64,000 bases of DNA from Octopus sinensis (GCF_006345805.1 NC_043012.1:21762001-21826000), one strand, 5' to 3'; counted from the first letter of the stretch, positions 50,990 through 63,234 are shown. Translations and numbers: made by a program. Notes: generated by a model not told the origin, from the sequence alone.

Positions 50990-52190
50990 AGATCCACTTT
51001 ACCAGGCTTGTATGGGTTGGATAGATCCTTTCCTTACCTATTCTTACCTTTCCACAGTTTCCTTCCACTTGAATCTTTTGCTATTTCTTTATACATCCCC
51101 AGATCATCCATCCACATTACATATCCATACTTGTACAGTCTTGTTTCTTGTACGGCCAGTTCTTCTTACATCCAGTTTATCTCACAGTTCATCTGTACCA
51201 CACCATTCATACATATCAAACATTACATATCCATCAGAGCATGCTTGCTTCATTTCTCCCCAACTTTTGTTCATCCTCTGTGTTCACTGTCCATGTCTTA
51301 CTACCATACAGCAGTGCATTTCATACATAAATAATATACAAGCCACTCTTTGCTCAAAGAGAGAATCCCCTTACTGCCAGTTGGAGTAATAGCTTCTGGA
51401 ACTTACTCTGACTGTTATGCTTTCAGGGTGCCCTCCTTTTCAGCTGATTAGATTACTTAAGTAGCAGAAGCTATCAACTACTTCCCGTGAGCATTCCATG
51501 CATTGAAAAGAAGCTATTTTACTACTGCTCTGACTGCTTCTGTACATCACCACATGCAAGGTTTTTATTCACCTTCAACCTTCTTTTGTACTCTCACAGT
51601 TTATGTTGTATTCCCTGTGTGAACTATGGAGCTCCTTCCTGACCTTTCCTGCATATTGACATGGCTATTTTCCATAATGGCATCAGAGTTGTGTCTTCTT
51701 TTCTACTCTTTGAAATTCACTAATTTACTCTTGAGTTTTTTTGATTCTATGTTTTCGTTTCTGCATTTTCGCTCTTCTATGGTCTTCACTACACAGACTA
51801 GTTTATCAGCCCATGGTAGCTTCTGTGGTTAGCCAGTCATAAACTATAATTGAAGAAATACAGTAATTATAAGAAGCAGAGAATCAAGTCATTAATGAAC
51901 ATATACCTGCACACTAAATTCTTCTCTGAACTCAATGCCAACTCTCACTTTGCTGACTGCATTCCTGCATGTGGCTGACACCACTTTCATATATCATTTA
52001 CTCCTAGTTTTCTTAAAGAGCACCATATTACTACTTGCAGTACCCTGTCAAAATCATTCTCCAAATCAACAAATGCTAGGTACAGAGGCCTACACTTACC
52101 TAAAAATTTCTCTTGCAATTGTCTCATTCTTGACAGAGAGCATCAGTGGTACACTGTCCTGGCACAAATCCAGTCTTCATTTCCTCTAAG
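50990..52190 (-). mobile_element. Old RTE LINE ORF relic
   Basis: Degenerate minus-strand matches to the same RTE protein (aaatgaagcaagcatgctc = NEASML; gttgatagcttctgctacttaag = VDSFCYL). Confidence 0.65.
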
Positions 52191-52569
52191 CTGATTCTCT
52201 TCCTAATCAATTTGTGCTGTTGCTCTTTCCCTTACTCTCGTAACCTGGTTTAGTCAGTCTGCATGATACCTTTTTGTATTACCTGGTTGATAATGCAACT
52301 AACTAACTTGAACTCTACCATGCCAGATGTTTTCTGCATCTCAGTGATTGTACCTGATAGATTTACTGCTTTTCCTTTCTCCATTTCTTTACGTGCATGT
52401 GCACACACACACAAACACACACACACACACACACCAACCAACCAACCATGCAAGCAATGTTATTCATTTTCCAGTCTTCTGGGGAAAAACTGTCTCTCTT
52501 CTAGGAGGGATTTGTCACTGTCAATAAGTTGTTTATTTAAGCGATTGGCATCTTTTTTTTCTGTCTCAT

Positions 52570-53300
52570 AAGGACTTACCCATCTCAAGGAATGATGTTT
52601 TTGTATGTGGTTGCTCTCTTCTCTGGGACAAATTTAATGCATATGGCTTGCATTATTGACATGAACTCTAAGTTACATGCCAATGTCTTGTGCAATTTTG
52701 CTGGATAATCCCTTTTTCAATTGTCTTCCAGTCAGCCTTGCAGAGGTTCAGACTGGACAAAGTTTGGATGCTGTCTATGTGGAATACATCATTAATTGGT
52801 TTTGGCCCATACATCATTAGTTCTACCATGTTGTAGTCTGAGAAGATTGTCAGTGTTATCTACATGTGCTGGATAAGACCTACATTGTTGGTGAAACAGA
52901 GGTCTGATATGTCATCATTCCTGGTTGGGGAGAGTTGTTTGCTCCGTGAACATCATTTTTGTGAGGTCAAGTAGAGATTCTGTTTGGTTATACTCTTTGC
53001 ATGTCATTCCTTAGATTATGTGGCCTTCAGGCCATTTGATGTTGGGGAAGTTGATGTCACCCATCAGAAGTATATTAACACTTTGATCCAGTTTTGTTAG
53101 TCCTTCTTTTATCATTGAAAGACTTTCCTCAAATTTACCATCATGATTTGAGGCATCAGAAGAGTGATACGGTGTGCATATTACCACATCAAGAAGTTGC
53201 ATTAAATGCACTTTGAGTGTGTCACAAACCAAGTTTAAGTGACATCTTCATGAATGAGCATTGCAACTCCGTGACTTCTTCCCCTTCTATTTGCATGGAA
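52570..53300 (-). mobile_element. CR1/L2 LINE apurinic-endonuclease (EEP) domain relic
   Basis: ILLMGDINFPNIKW, PTRNDDISDLCFTNN and SDYNMV motifs (cf. GDFN, PTR..LDL.FTN, SDH). Confidence 0.8.
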
Positions 53301-53393
53301 CACAGCATACATTGGTATGTGTATCTTTGCGTTGTTTATATCAGTATGTGTAATGCATATCACTTTTTATATGTATGTATGTATGTATGTATG

Positions 53394-53432
<39 letters not shown>

Positions 53433-53501
53433 ATGTCTATCTGTATGTCTGTCTTTTTATTTAGCCCCAGATCAGCTCTGATTGAAGTGTCATACTTTTA
53501 A

Positions 53502-53722
53502 CCCTTTAGTGTTTAAACCAGCCATATCTGGCCCAAATATTCTACAAGTTTTATATTCAAACTGGCCATATCTAGCCTCTCACACATTAACCTACATTGA
53601 CATTCTAAAAATAAACAATCACATCATTGAAACCTCAAAGCTATAAGATCATGCATAATTAATTCAAAACAATTTGAGTGAAGAAGTATTACATTTAACA
53701 GAGTAATCTGAACACTAAAGGG
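53502..53722. mobile_element. piggyBac-type MITE
   Basis: TTAA|ccctttagtgttta ... tgaacactaaaggg|TTAA. Confidence 0.85.
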
Positions 53723-56238
53723 TTAAAGACATTCCAATCATTAATGCCATGCCTTTTTTTTCTCTTTTGCTTTTTAATGTATAATTTATCTAGGACTGCA
53801 TTATTCAATGACCCCTCCCCTTTTTTGTGGTTAATGTTGGAATGTTTAGTAGAAATAGACCATTGTTGTTAAAATGTGCTGTTGGCAAATATTCTAGACT
53901 TTGAACCCATGAGATGAGATGACTGATGAAAGTGTTCAGCCTATGAACTATTTATTAACCTATGAACTCAGTATACTGGAAGAGTATTTTCAATTTATAT
54001 TGGCTGTCAGCATTGTTGATATCTTTTACCTGAGTAATCAGTTTATCACACAACAAAAGAATGTTGACGCAATTCTGTCATTGAGAAACTAGTTGTCTCT
54101 TGACTAATTTAGTTTTGTTTATTAAATTCTGAGTTGTGGAGGGGATATAAAACTTTTTTCTCATTGAATTAGAAATAAAATTTATTAGTTTACAGTTTTG
54201 CTGTTTATATTTCATGATGATGATGATGACAATGTCTAAAATGTTCTCCAAGAAATGTTTTCTTTTGAGCAAGCTCTTCAAATTTAATCAAATGAACAAC
54301 TTCTGAAAGTAGTTGGTTCACTTATTGTGGACAAATGGAAAGCCAATATAGATAAATAGCTCCTTGTACGGAAAAGATTACCACTAACAAAGAGATATTG
54401 CTTTCTTAGTAGTTGCTTCCAGATCTCTCTCAAGATATAGGGATGTATATGGACTGATGGAAGTTAGCAGTTACAAACAAACTAAAAAAAAAAAAAGGTA
54501 CTCAATACAATTGTTTTGCAAGCTGAAGTTTCTGTAGTAACCAAGTCTCATGTTGCTGATTATTCAAACAATCGAGGAAGCAGAACAATATATAAGCAAT
54601 ATATGAGCAACTATTGTTAATGAAGTTTTAGTGTTGACTTTTTTTGTTTTTGTATAATGATGTTTTAGGTTATGGTAAATTCATCGTGTAGGAAATAAAT
54701 TTTTTAGCCAGTTGACAGTTGGAAATTGTTCAATAGAAAGTCATAAAATTATCCACAAGAAATGACAGTTTGTGTTTGTTCTGTTCAGACTTACAAAAGG
54801 CTCTAGCAGAATATTTAATCTCTGAGTGACAGAAATCAATACCTTATGAGAGCATTAACTTGATTGAAAAGTGCAGGTGCAGAGTGCTAGATTACTCCTA
54901 AGTAGTGAATCTGGAAAAGTTCAGAATAAGCAGTAATTAAACCTGGAAATGTATAGGACAAGTAAAAAAAACTCAAAAACTTAAAATATCGCTGCTGAAT
55001 TTAAAATCTGCTGAATGAATAGTTTATGCAATTTTTGATTTTTATATTTTTTTGTTTTTTATTGCACATTTAAAAATTTAAGTTAATATTTTTTATTTAA
55101 AAATGTCCTTGTATTTAAGCTAAAACATTTCTGTCTTATTTTTAGTATTTTGATATATTTTTGGTTTAAGAATATTACAAACAAAATTCAATGAAATAAA
55201 AGAATTAATTTCTTTAAAATTTGCATTATCAGATAACAAAGTATTTTCTATTCATAGTCAGAAGAAGATTTAAAAAATTAAAGCTAATGAACAAATTGAG
55301 TGCAAAATGTAGAAATACTTAGGGGTTGTAAAACATTGTCAATTTTGCTTCAATTTCTGTTATGTGATTTTTTAAATGTATAAAGCACTAAATTTGTAAT
55401 ATTAAATTTTTAATGTGTAAATTTGCTAGCAGTTATGTATGTGTATCTATATATGTGGGTATGTGTGTGCAAGTGAGTGTTGGCATGTGTGTGTCACTTT
55501 TTTTAAGTCACTTGTGCAAATGAAAAACAATGAATGTATGTGTGCGTGTGCATGCATGTATGTGTGTGTGTGGCCATGTTTTTTGCAGTTCAGCTACAAA
55601 AAATAAACATTAAAGAAATAAAAAGTTTATACAGAACTTGGCCCGATTGGTTGCCACATCACTTTAGCTAATATTTTTTGATGAGGTTTTTCACCATGAA
55701 ATTCTTCTCATAGTGCTCTTCATTTGAACATAATTATTGTAAAGTTTTCTTTTATGATAACTGAGATATTTTGATTCAAAGTCAGTTTTCGTGGTTGTTT
55801 TTTTTACCATTTTTTTGTCACTTAAAGTCAAACTATTTTTTTGTAGCTAATTTTTTTAACAAGGTTTTCACCATTCTTATACACCCAATTAACCCGTAAA
55901 ATAATAGATATTTTGACTCAAACTCAGTTTTCAGCTTTACACTCCCATGTTTGATCTCACATGTTTTGACCTAACATTTTGTCTAATAAATCAAAGTTCA
56001 ATTATTTATCTCCAAATGTAGCTTATGACCATCATTGTTAAAAATACAGCATTCAATTTAGTTGAGAACTGAATTAGCGATGAGTCTTAGAATTGCTTGA
56101 GGGTGGCTAAAAGTTGACCTTAAGACTATATCTTTTAAACAAACACTGAAGCGTTGAGTAAGTTGGTATTTTAGAATGAATAAAAGAAATTTCAAATACA
56201 GAATAGCTGTGTAAACAATTTAGAAAATTGGATAAACA

Positions 56239-56240
<2 letters not shown>

Positions 56241-56271
<31 letters not shown>

Positions 56272-56600
56272 GTCGTTTAACGTCCGTTCTCCATGCTAGC
56301 ATGGGTTGGACGGTTCGACCGGGGTTCTGGGAAGCCAGAAGGCTGCACCAGGCTCCAGTCTAATTTGGCAATGTTTCTACAGCTGGATGCCCTTCCTAAC
56401 GCCAACCACTCCGTGAGTGTAGTGGGTGCTTTTTACGTGCCACCTGCACAGGTGCCAGGCAGGGCTGGCAACGGCCACGGTCAGATTGGTGTATTTTATG
56501 TGCCACCGGCACGGAAGCCAGTCGAGGCGGTGCTGGCATCGGCCACGAGTCGGATAGTGCTTTTTACGTACCACCAGACCAGGGATCCTGGCTGGTTCAA
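56241..56600 (-). mobile_element. RTE LINE 3' UTR copy
   Basis: (CAT)n tail plus the family sequence, with three tandem units. Confidence 0.85.
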
Positions 56601-56894
56601 CTTAGAAAATATAGGGTGGGGGGAGAAGTAGTCAGCAAGCTGCTTTAGAAGGTTGAACCTTGTATTTCACAAATTCTAGCTGAGCAACCCATGATCTCAC
56701 ATACTCTTATAGCACTTCATATTTTAAAATTACAAAAATATTTTCTTTTGTTAAAATGATCACATTTTTTTTCCCGTTATTTAAAGCCACACACTTTTTC
56801 TGTAGTTAATATTTTTTGATGAGGCTTTTGCTGTAAGGTTTTTTTTTGTCATAGAGCTTTCATTTGAACACTACTATATATGTAGACAAGTTAT

Positions 56895-57150
56895 TTCAAA
56901 TTGCTCAAGTTCACTCAGCTGTAGAAATGAGTTGCGACATCACAGGTGCCAAGCTGTCTTGGCCTTTGCCTTTCCCTTGGATAACATGGGTGGAGTGGAG
57001 AGGAGAGGCTGGTATGCATGGGCGACTGCTGATCTTCCATAAAAACAACCTTGGGTTGTGTGTTTACCAGTGAGGCAACTTTCTGCCCAGACTTCTTTCT
57101 CAAAGGGGAATCTCTTAGGTGCACCCATGGTCATTCATGGCTGACAGAAT
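56895..57150 (+). mobile_element. Probable SINE fragment (other family)
   Basis: ttgctcaagttcactcagctgtagaaatgagt is a SINE central-domain-like motif; the head is missing. Confidence 0.4.
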
Positions 57151-57209
57151 TGAGTTGTGTGTGTGTGTATGTATATATAGTTATGTGTAGTATATGCATA
57201 TATATATAT

Positions 57210-57372
57210 GGGATACGATACTTTGGTCTATACCACTTTAGTCTAAGACACTTTAAAAGCATTTTCGTCTGAAGACACTTTTGTCTAAAAGCTCACTCGT
57301 CTAAAGACACTTTTGTCTAAAGACACCTTGGTATAATGACACTTTGGTAAAATGACATTTAGGTTAGGTATA
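57210..57372. repeat. Tandem 15-16-bp repeat block (probable MULE/Phantom terminal repeat)
   Basis: About 9 units of aagacactttKgtcta starting at gggatac and ending in aggttagg. Lies 3' of the minus-strand MULE transposase. Confidence 0.7.
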
Positions 57373-57408
57373 ACGAAACTTGCCTGATTATATCTATTTA
57401 TAGATAAA

Positions 57409-58730
57409 CTAGCAGTATAGCCCAGCATTGCGCTGGATTAAGTTAGGATTATTAAGCTAATCAAGCACTTTATTTCAAATCAACCCAAGTTACACTGATG
57501 TTAAATTTGAGCGAAATCTATTGAAATTTGTAAACCCTTGGCTGAAAATGGGTTGCAGACAATTTGATTGGGAAATCCCATAAGGAATCAGTTTATCAAT
57601 TTTTCCACTCATCAATTTTTGTTTTGTTTTGTTTTTTTTGGGAGGACTTAACACATTCAAAGATCCCATGAGTCCTAAGTAATGCCAGCATCGAGTTTGA
57701 ACAAAATGCGTCAAAATTAGTAAAAGTTATGGTTGAAAATTTTAGTGGGAAATCCTATAAGAAATAGGTTTATCACTTTCTCATCCTGATTGAATGGTAA
57801 ACCCCATTAGGAATCAGTTTATTGATTTTTCACCCCAAATAGGACTTAACTGAACACAACATTGCTGATTCAAAAAATCTTTATTTACACTTTAAAGTTG
57901 GTTTTCACATCTCACCCTGTTCTGCAGAATCACTGTCATGACAGGAGCGCATGGGTTGGGAGTTTGACTGACAGAAGCGATCAGGTTGCACATGCCAGCC
58001 CTTTGAAACTCCCCACCATCATTGGATAAGGTTGCATTAGAGATCTGCATTGGAGAAGGCTGATTCGAAAGTTTGCATTGGGGATCCAGATTGGAGTAAC
58101 TTAGGAAAACTTACCAACAGCCTTAACAAAAAAATAAGGGGCCTGGCTATTCTAGCCTAACTCTATGAGCAACTTGGCCAAGCACTGATATCAGCCGAGT
58201 GAGCATTGTTGTCAGAGAAGTCAGGATTGTCCAGTAAAGAAGAAGAAGTGTCCATGAGTCATGTTGCCATTGTTTGAGAATATGTCTAGCCAATGCTTCC
58301 GGATGACCTGTTTATAACCACATAGGCTGTAATGATGACTCATTCTTCTTTCTATGTCTATAAAACTTCACTATAGACAACATTGCATGTTCCGCCCTGA
58401 GGAGCATACACTAAAAGAGCATTTCTACTCCCCACATGGGAGTAGGCCACATAAAGTTGCTCATGTGAAAAGCTTAGCTCCCCCAAATGGATGCCCACCA
58501 CTGATAGTGTTTGGCCTTGGGATTTCTTGACGGACATGGCAAAGCATGGCCTTACTGGGAACTGCGATCTGCGGAAGTTAATTGGCATGTCTGATCCCGA
58601 TGGATAAAGGGGCATCCTTGAAATGAAAACATTTTCCCCCCTTCTGCACCCCGTAATAATGGTGGCCTCAACAAAGTGGGGCGTCAGGGACTTGACTGCC
58701 AAGTGGGTCCCGTTATACTGTTTAGGCAGA
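57409..58730 (-). mobile_element. 5'-truncated Helitron carrying a PIF1 helicase C-terminus
   Basis: The minus strand ends in a ccagcgcaatgctggg hairpin and ctatactgCTAG|T; a putative A|TC start lies at 58730; a helicase ORF is inside. Confidence 0.85.
58358..58730 (-). pseudogene. Helitron RepHel PIF1-family helicase C-terminal fragment
   Basis: NGTHL...VEATIITG..GENVFISRM...FRRSQFPVRPCFAMSVKKSQGQTLSVVG...FSHEQLYVAYSHV...NVVYSEVL* (PIF1 motifs V/VI). Confidence 0.92.
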
Positions 58731-59394
58731 TAAAGCATGTACTCTTTATCCTATTTGAGTTTTATTGAATAATTGTGTTAAATTTTCTTGACAATAGGAT
58801 ATATTGTAAGTCTACACACACAAACACACACTTGGTGTTATTGTTGTTGTGATGTGTGTAGTCTTTATTCTATTTGAGTTGTTGTTTTGAGTGAAAACGT
58901 GCCGTTTGAGGTGTTCCGCTCATTGGATGCTAGGTTTTTTTTGAGTGGGGAGATTAAAGCAGTGATTTATTTCTGATATCATTATATCATCGAAGATTTT
59001 ATGGCAGGAGATAAGTTTCAGCGAGGGCTATCCTTTGTTTTGAGTCACAGAGTTGTCTGTGATCTATCAGCTGTTAAGGTACAGCGTTCAGTAAATTCTG
59101 TAAAAAATTTTGTTTTTGAACTGGAAATGTACATTTCGTTTGATGTCAGCATTAAGTGAAAGAGAGAGAGAGAAAATGACAGACGTGTGTATATGTTGAT
59201 GGTGGGGTGCGGGATAGAAAGTGTATGTGTGTGTGAGAGAGAGAGAGAGAGGTGTTGATGTGTGTGTGCGAGGGAGAGCGGGAGAGTGACAGTGTACATT
59301 TTTTTAATTTATTTTTCGGCGCATCTTTTTTGAGTGAGTGATTGACTGAGAGAGAGAGAGTGTGCGATAGTGTAATGCCTCTCTCTACGGTAAG

Positions 59395-60565
59395 TTGAGA
59401 TAATTTTGATGATTTGTTCTTCTCTTCTTAGAACATCAAGAACATTATATAGATTTGAATGTGATGTAACTAAGATACTAAATCGCCTCTGCCATGCTTC
59501 AATAGAATTAATTGTACGTGTTTTACCATCAAGCGTGAACTCGTAAACATTCCATTCAGGTATTGAACATAATGGCCTTGACTGTCTTCCATTTCGTCTT
59601 AGCATTCCATTTACAGAAGTATTTTCTATGTATTCAATAAACAGCAGTGCATTTTCAGGTGCACTTTTGTTTCAAGCATTGCAATCCTATTGGTACAACA
59701 GCAACAAGCAGAAAGGCCAAAGCGTTCACTTTTTGACAGAATAGAAAAAAATCTATATCATTATTTTAAAGATTTACAATCCCAGTTGCTGAATTTTTCT
59801 CCAGGTCGATTGGCAGAAATGAGAAAAACAGAAATGCACAGCAATGTCACCAAAAAACACATAAAATTGCATTTCCATCTTCCAGTTCAAAGTCTATGCT
59901 CACCTCTGTTATGTCATTTTCAATTCTATGAGCTTCCATCCCTTCTACAAGAGCATATATCATTTTAGCATAAATTTCTTCTGACTTTCCTGGTAGCAAT
60001 ACAAAAAAACAAGAGGATATATTTCACCATGGATTTCAGCATGAGTTGTAATATATTTGCTAAAAAATATTAAGATGTTTCGAAAGTTCCATCACTGAAC
60101 CAGTGTTTTTATGAACCTAGCTTTTGCAAGGATAATGGTGCTGCAAAAATCAAAATTTTCTCTTGACCATTTTCTCCACTGTCATGTACTAACCAGTTTT
60201 CTCCTCCCATGGTTATCCTAAATCTGCCTTGACATCTACAGCCAATGATGTTGGAAGCTTGAGAAGCTGTTTATTTTTTCACTTTTCAAATATTTCGAGT
60301 GATGCAAGCATTGGTTGGAAGCAGCTGTTCGGAGCCTTTTGGGACCTCACTAATTGCGTCAGAAATTATTGCTGCAGGCATTTCTGATGGTGTTTCTGAT
60401 GTTATAAGAGCTTTTCCTCATATTTTGTTCAATGCTTGGAATACATGCACTTTCTCATTACCACCTGCATGGATGTGTTCTGAAGTTTTCGTAACTTCAT
60501 GATTTCTGCTTAAGATAAGACGGCTGGGACACTTTCGATCTTTACATCGCCAATAAGTTATGGAA
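59395..60565 (-). pseudogene. FLYWCH plus MULE (Mutator/Phantom-like) transposase pseudogene
   Basis: TYWRCKDRKCPSRL...EHIHAG (FLYWCH), HWFSDGTFE (first DDE Asp), HFCFSHFCQSTWRKIQQLGL and PEWNVY...GKTRTINSIEAWQRRF; multiple frameshifts. Confidence 0.88.
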
Positions 60566-61288
60566 ACTTCTCTGCCCCAATCTCTTATTTCTCTCTCTAA
60601 TTTTCTATTCTCTTTCTTTTATTTCTTTTTCTTATTTTCAACTATTCCCCCCCCTCCCCATACTTAACATTTTCTGATTTTTCCCTTCTCTTTCTTTTGC
60701 CAGTAACAACTAACTTGTATAAGCATACGCCAGTAGATTTTGTGCATGTGTGTATGTGTGTGTACATATATACATATGCATTTGTATATATACTTATGTC
60801 TTGCCTGTATATATATATATATGTAGCTATGTACATGCGTCTATGTTTAGTGTATATATGTATATTATAGATGGTTTGGTATGTGCAAATGCTGCTATAT
60901 GTATATGTAACCCAATGTGAACATTTTTTAAACAGATATAACTTTTAATATATTAATTGATAAATATTTTACAGATAATTATTTACCCTGGGTATTCAGG
61001 CTCCGTCCTTCTATATAAGCTATTTTTGATTTATGGTTTTCTTCGATTTTATAATAAGATGATTTTATACCGAAATTTGTTCATTGCATGCAACCGGTCA
61101 TTGTAAAGACCGTTAGTTGAAAGAACTAATGAAGCAAAATGATTTTCAAATGTGTATCTATTAAACTAATTGTATATGTTTGCTTCTAACCTTATATTTG
61201 TTCCATTCTAAACAAAACTGTCTGATGAATGGGAAGGTGAAATTCTAAGTAACAGCTTTTGTGATATTTTTGCTGTTTTCTCATAAAG

Positions 61289-61319
<31 letters not shown>

Positions 61320-61432
61320 GTGTGTGTGTGTGTGTGTGTGTATGTATATATATATATATATATATGTATATGTATGTATGAATAAATAAATGTGTATGTA
61401 TATATATATATATATATATATGTGTATGTATG

Positions 61433-62505
61433 AATAAATAAATGGAGTTAAATGCAGGTGTTATTCAAATTCTTTTACTTCCAACACATGTTCCGAAGAT
61501 ATCATTGGTGTTATTCCAAAGGAATAGAATGGTGTAAAACAATGTAATCTTCTCTTTGGGGAAATGAAGAAATAAAACTTGTCAATGAGACATTTTCTAA
61601 AAATCCCCTTGTAAACACAGTTAAAGGGCGTGCTTACCAATGGAAACATTGGCAGAAACACACCTTTAGTTCATATAAGTGATATCTATCATTATATATA
61701 ATTTAAACGTTAGTTTTCTTCTTACATTTCACTTTCACTAGATATATCTTTTTCCAAGACTTTAGGATTTTATTTAATTTACATATAGTTCTATACTTCT
61801 CATTTATTTAGTTTCTGATATTTTCTTTCCTTTACTCTTCCTCTTTCTATAGGCTACCTTTGACATTATATCCTCTAACGTTTTTTTTTAAAAAACTTGA
61901 TAGGCACAGGACTGGCTGTGTGGTAAGTAGCATGCGTCCCAACCACATGGTTCAGTTCCACTGCATGGCACCTTGGGCAAGTGTCTTCTACTATAGCCTT
62001 GGGCCGACCAAAGCCTTGTGAGTGGATTTGGTAGACGGAAACTGAAAGAAGCCCGTCGTATATATGTATGTATATATAAGTGTGTGTGTTTGTGTGTCTG
62101 CATTTGTCTCCCCAACATCGCTTGACAACCGATGCTGGTGTGTTTACGTCCCAGTAACTTAGCGGTTCGGCAAAAGAGGCCGATAGAATAAGTACTGGGC
62201 TTACAAAGAATAAGTCCTGGGGTTGATTTGCTCGACTAACGGCGGTACTCCAGCATGGCCGCAGTCAATGACTGAAACAGGTAAAAGAGTAAAAAGTAAA
62301 AGAGCGTTCAGTTCATCACTATACATATCCATCATATTCTGTTAAAATATCTTATTGATGAGTTTTATTTCTTCATTTCCCTGAAGAGAAGATTACATTG
62401 TTTTACACCATTTTATTCCTTTGGAATAATACCAATGATATGTTCGAGACATATCGAAAGTAAAAGAATTTGAATAACACCTGTGTTTAACTCCATTTAT
62501 TTATT
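61433..62505. mobile_element. Non-autonomous DNA transposon with ~165-bp TIRs in a (TA)n context
   Basis: 61433-61596 (aataaataaatggagttaaatgcaggtgttattcaaattc...) is the inverted counterpart of 62344-62505. Confidence 0.85.
61903..62304 (+). mobile_element. Full-length SINE family B nested in the TIR element
   Basis: tRNA-like head ggcacaggactggctgtgtggtaagtag...ggttcagttcc, CORE-like accttgggcaagtg, internal (TG)n and a (GTAAAAGA)n tail. Confidence 0.9.
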
Positions 62506-62511
62506 TATATA

Positions 62512-62650
62512 TATTATACAAAATATTTCATGTAAACCCGGAGTTTCTACCTTTAAAAACAAGGTGTTACACCCTTTTTACTTGTGTGATCTTTTGCTAC
62601 CCTGGCAACTATTTATCTATTTTTCCGCGTAGAGCGGGTCACCTCAGCTA

Positions 62651-62651
<1 letters not shown>
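62512..62651 (+). mobile_element. Helitron 3' terminus
   Basis: ccgcgtagagcgg hairpin followed by gtcacctcagCTAG|T; the 5' end was not located. Confidence 0.6.
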
Positions 62652-62721
<70 letters not shown>

Positions 62722-62726
<5 letters not shown>

Positions 62727-63172
62727 CGATATTCTTCCCTGTGTTTGAGAAAGTTTTGCATCTCTGCCGTAAGGCTTCATTTCCACACACGCCAGATGAA
62801 TTCAATTCATCCCCAATCGAAAGGCGCCTGTTGTTATGTCCTGTTATTATTATTACTATTATTATTTTTATTGTATTTTGTATTTATATTTGTGTAACAT
62901 CATCTGTTTTTTCGTCCTTGTTTTTGTATACATTCGATGCTTTCTTCCAAGGAATCTAATTCTCTTAGCTTAGTTTTTCCTTGGGGCTGGCCAGACTGGA
63001 GCAATCTCAAGATTAATCAGCTGAAATTGCAAGGATGATCCTGTTCTTGACTGAGGATAGAAAGCTTGGAATGACCTGTCCTTGTTTTTTGTATCGTCTA
63101 TCTGGATGTTTTGTTGTCCCTTTTTGTATCACCTAGTTGTCCGGATGTTTTGCATTGTTGTCCCAATTTGTA
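62722..63172 (+). mobile_element. Short unclassified repeat embedded in (TA)n, possibly a Penelope pLTR
   Basis: Flanked on both sides by (TA)n; hammerhead-like relic at 62793-62830. Confidence 0.35.
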
Positions 63173-63173
63173 T

Positions 63174-63234
<61 letters not shown>

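Noticed and set aside
50802-51389. Longest ORF in the track (195 aa) as a gene
   Set aside because: It spans an antisense SINE and an antisense RTE relic, with no coding signature of its own.
55625-56880. Repeated block ttttttgatgagg...tcatag-gct-ttcatttgaaca (55670-55730, 56810-56870) as a defined transposon
   Set aside because: Probably old DNA-transposon debris, but the termini and TSD could not be established.
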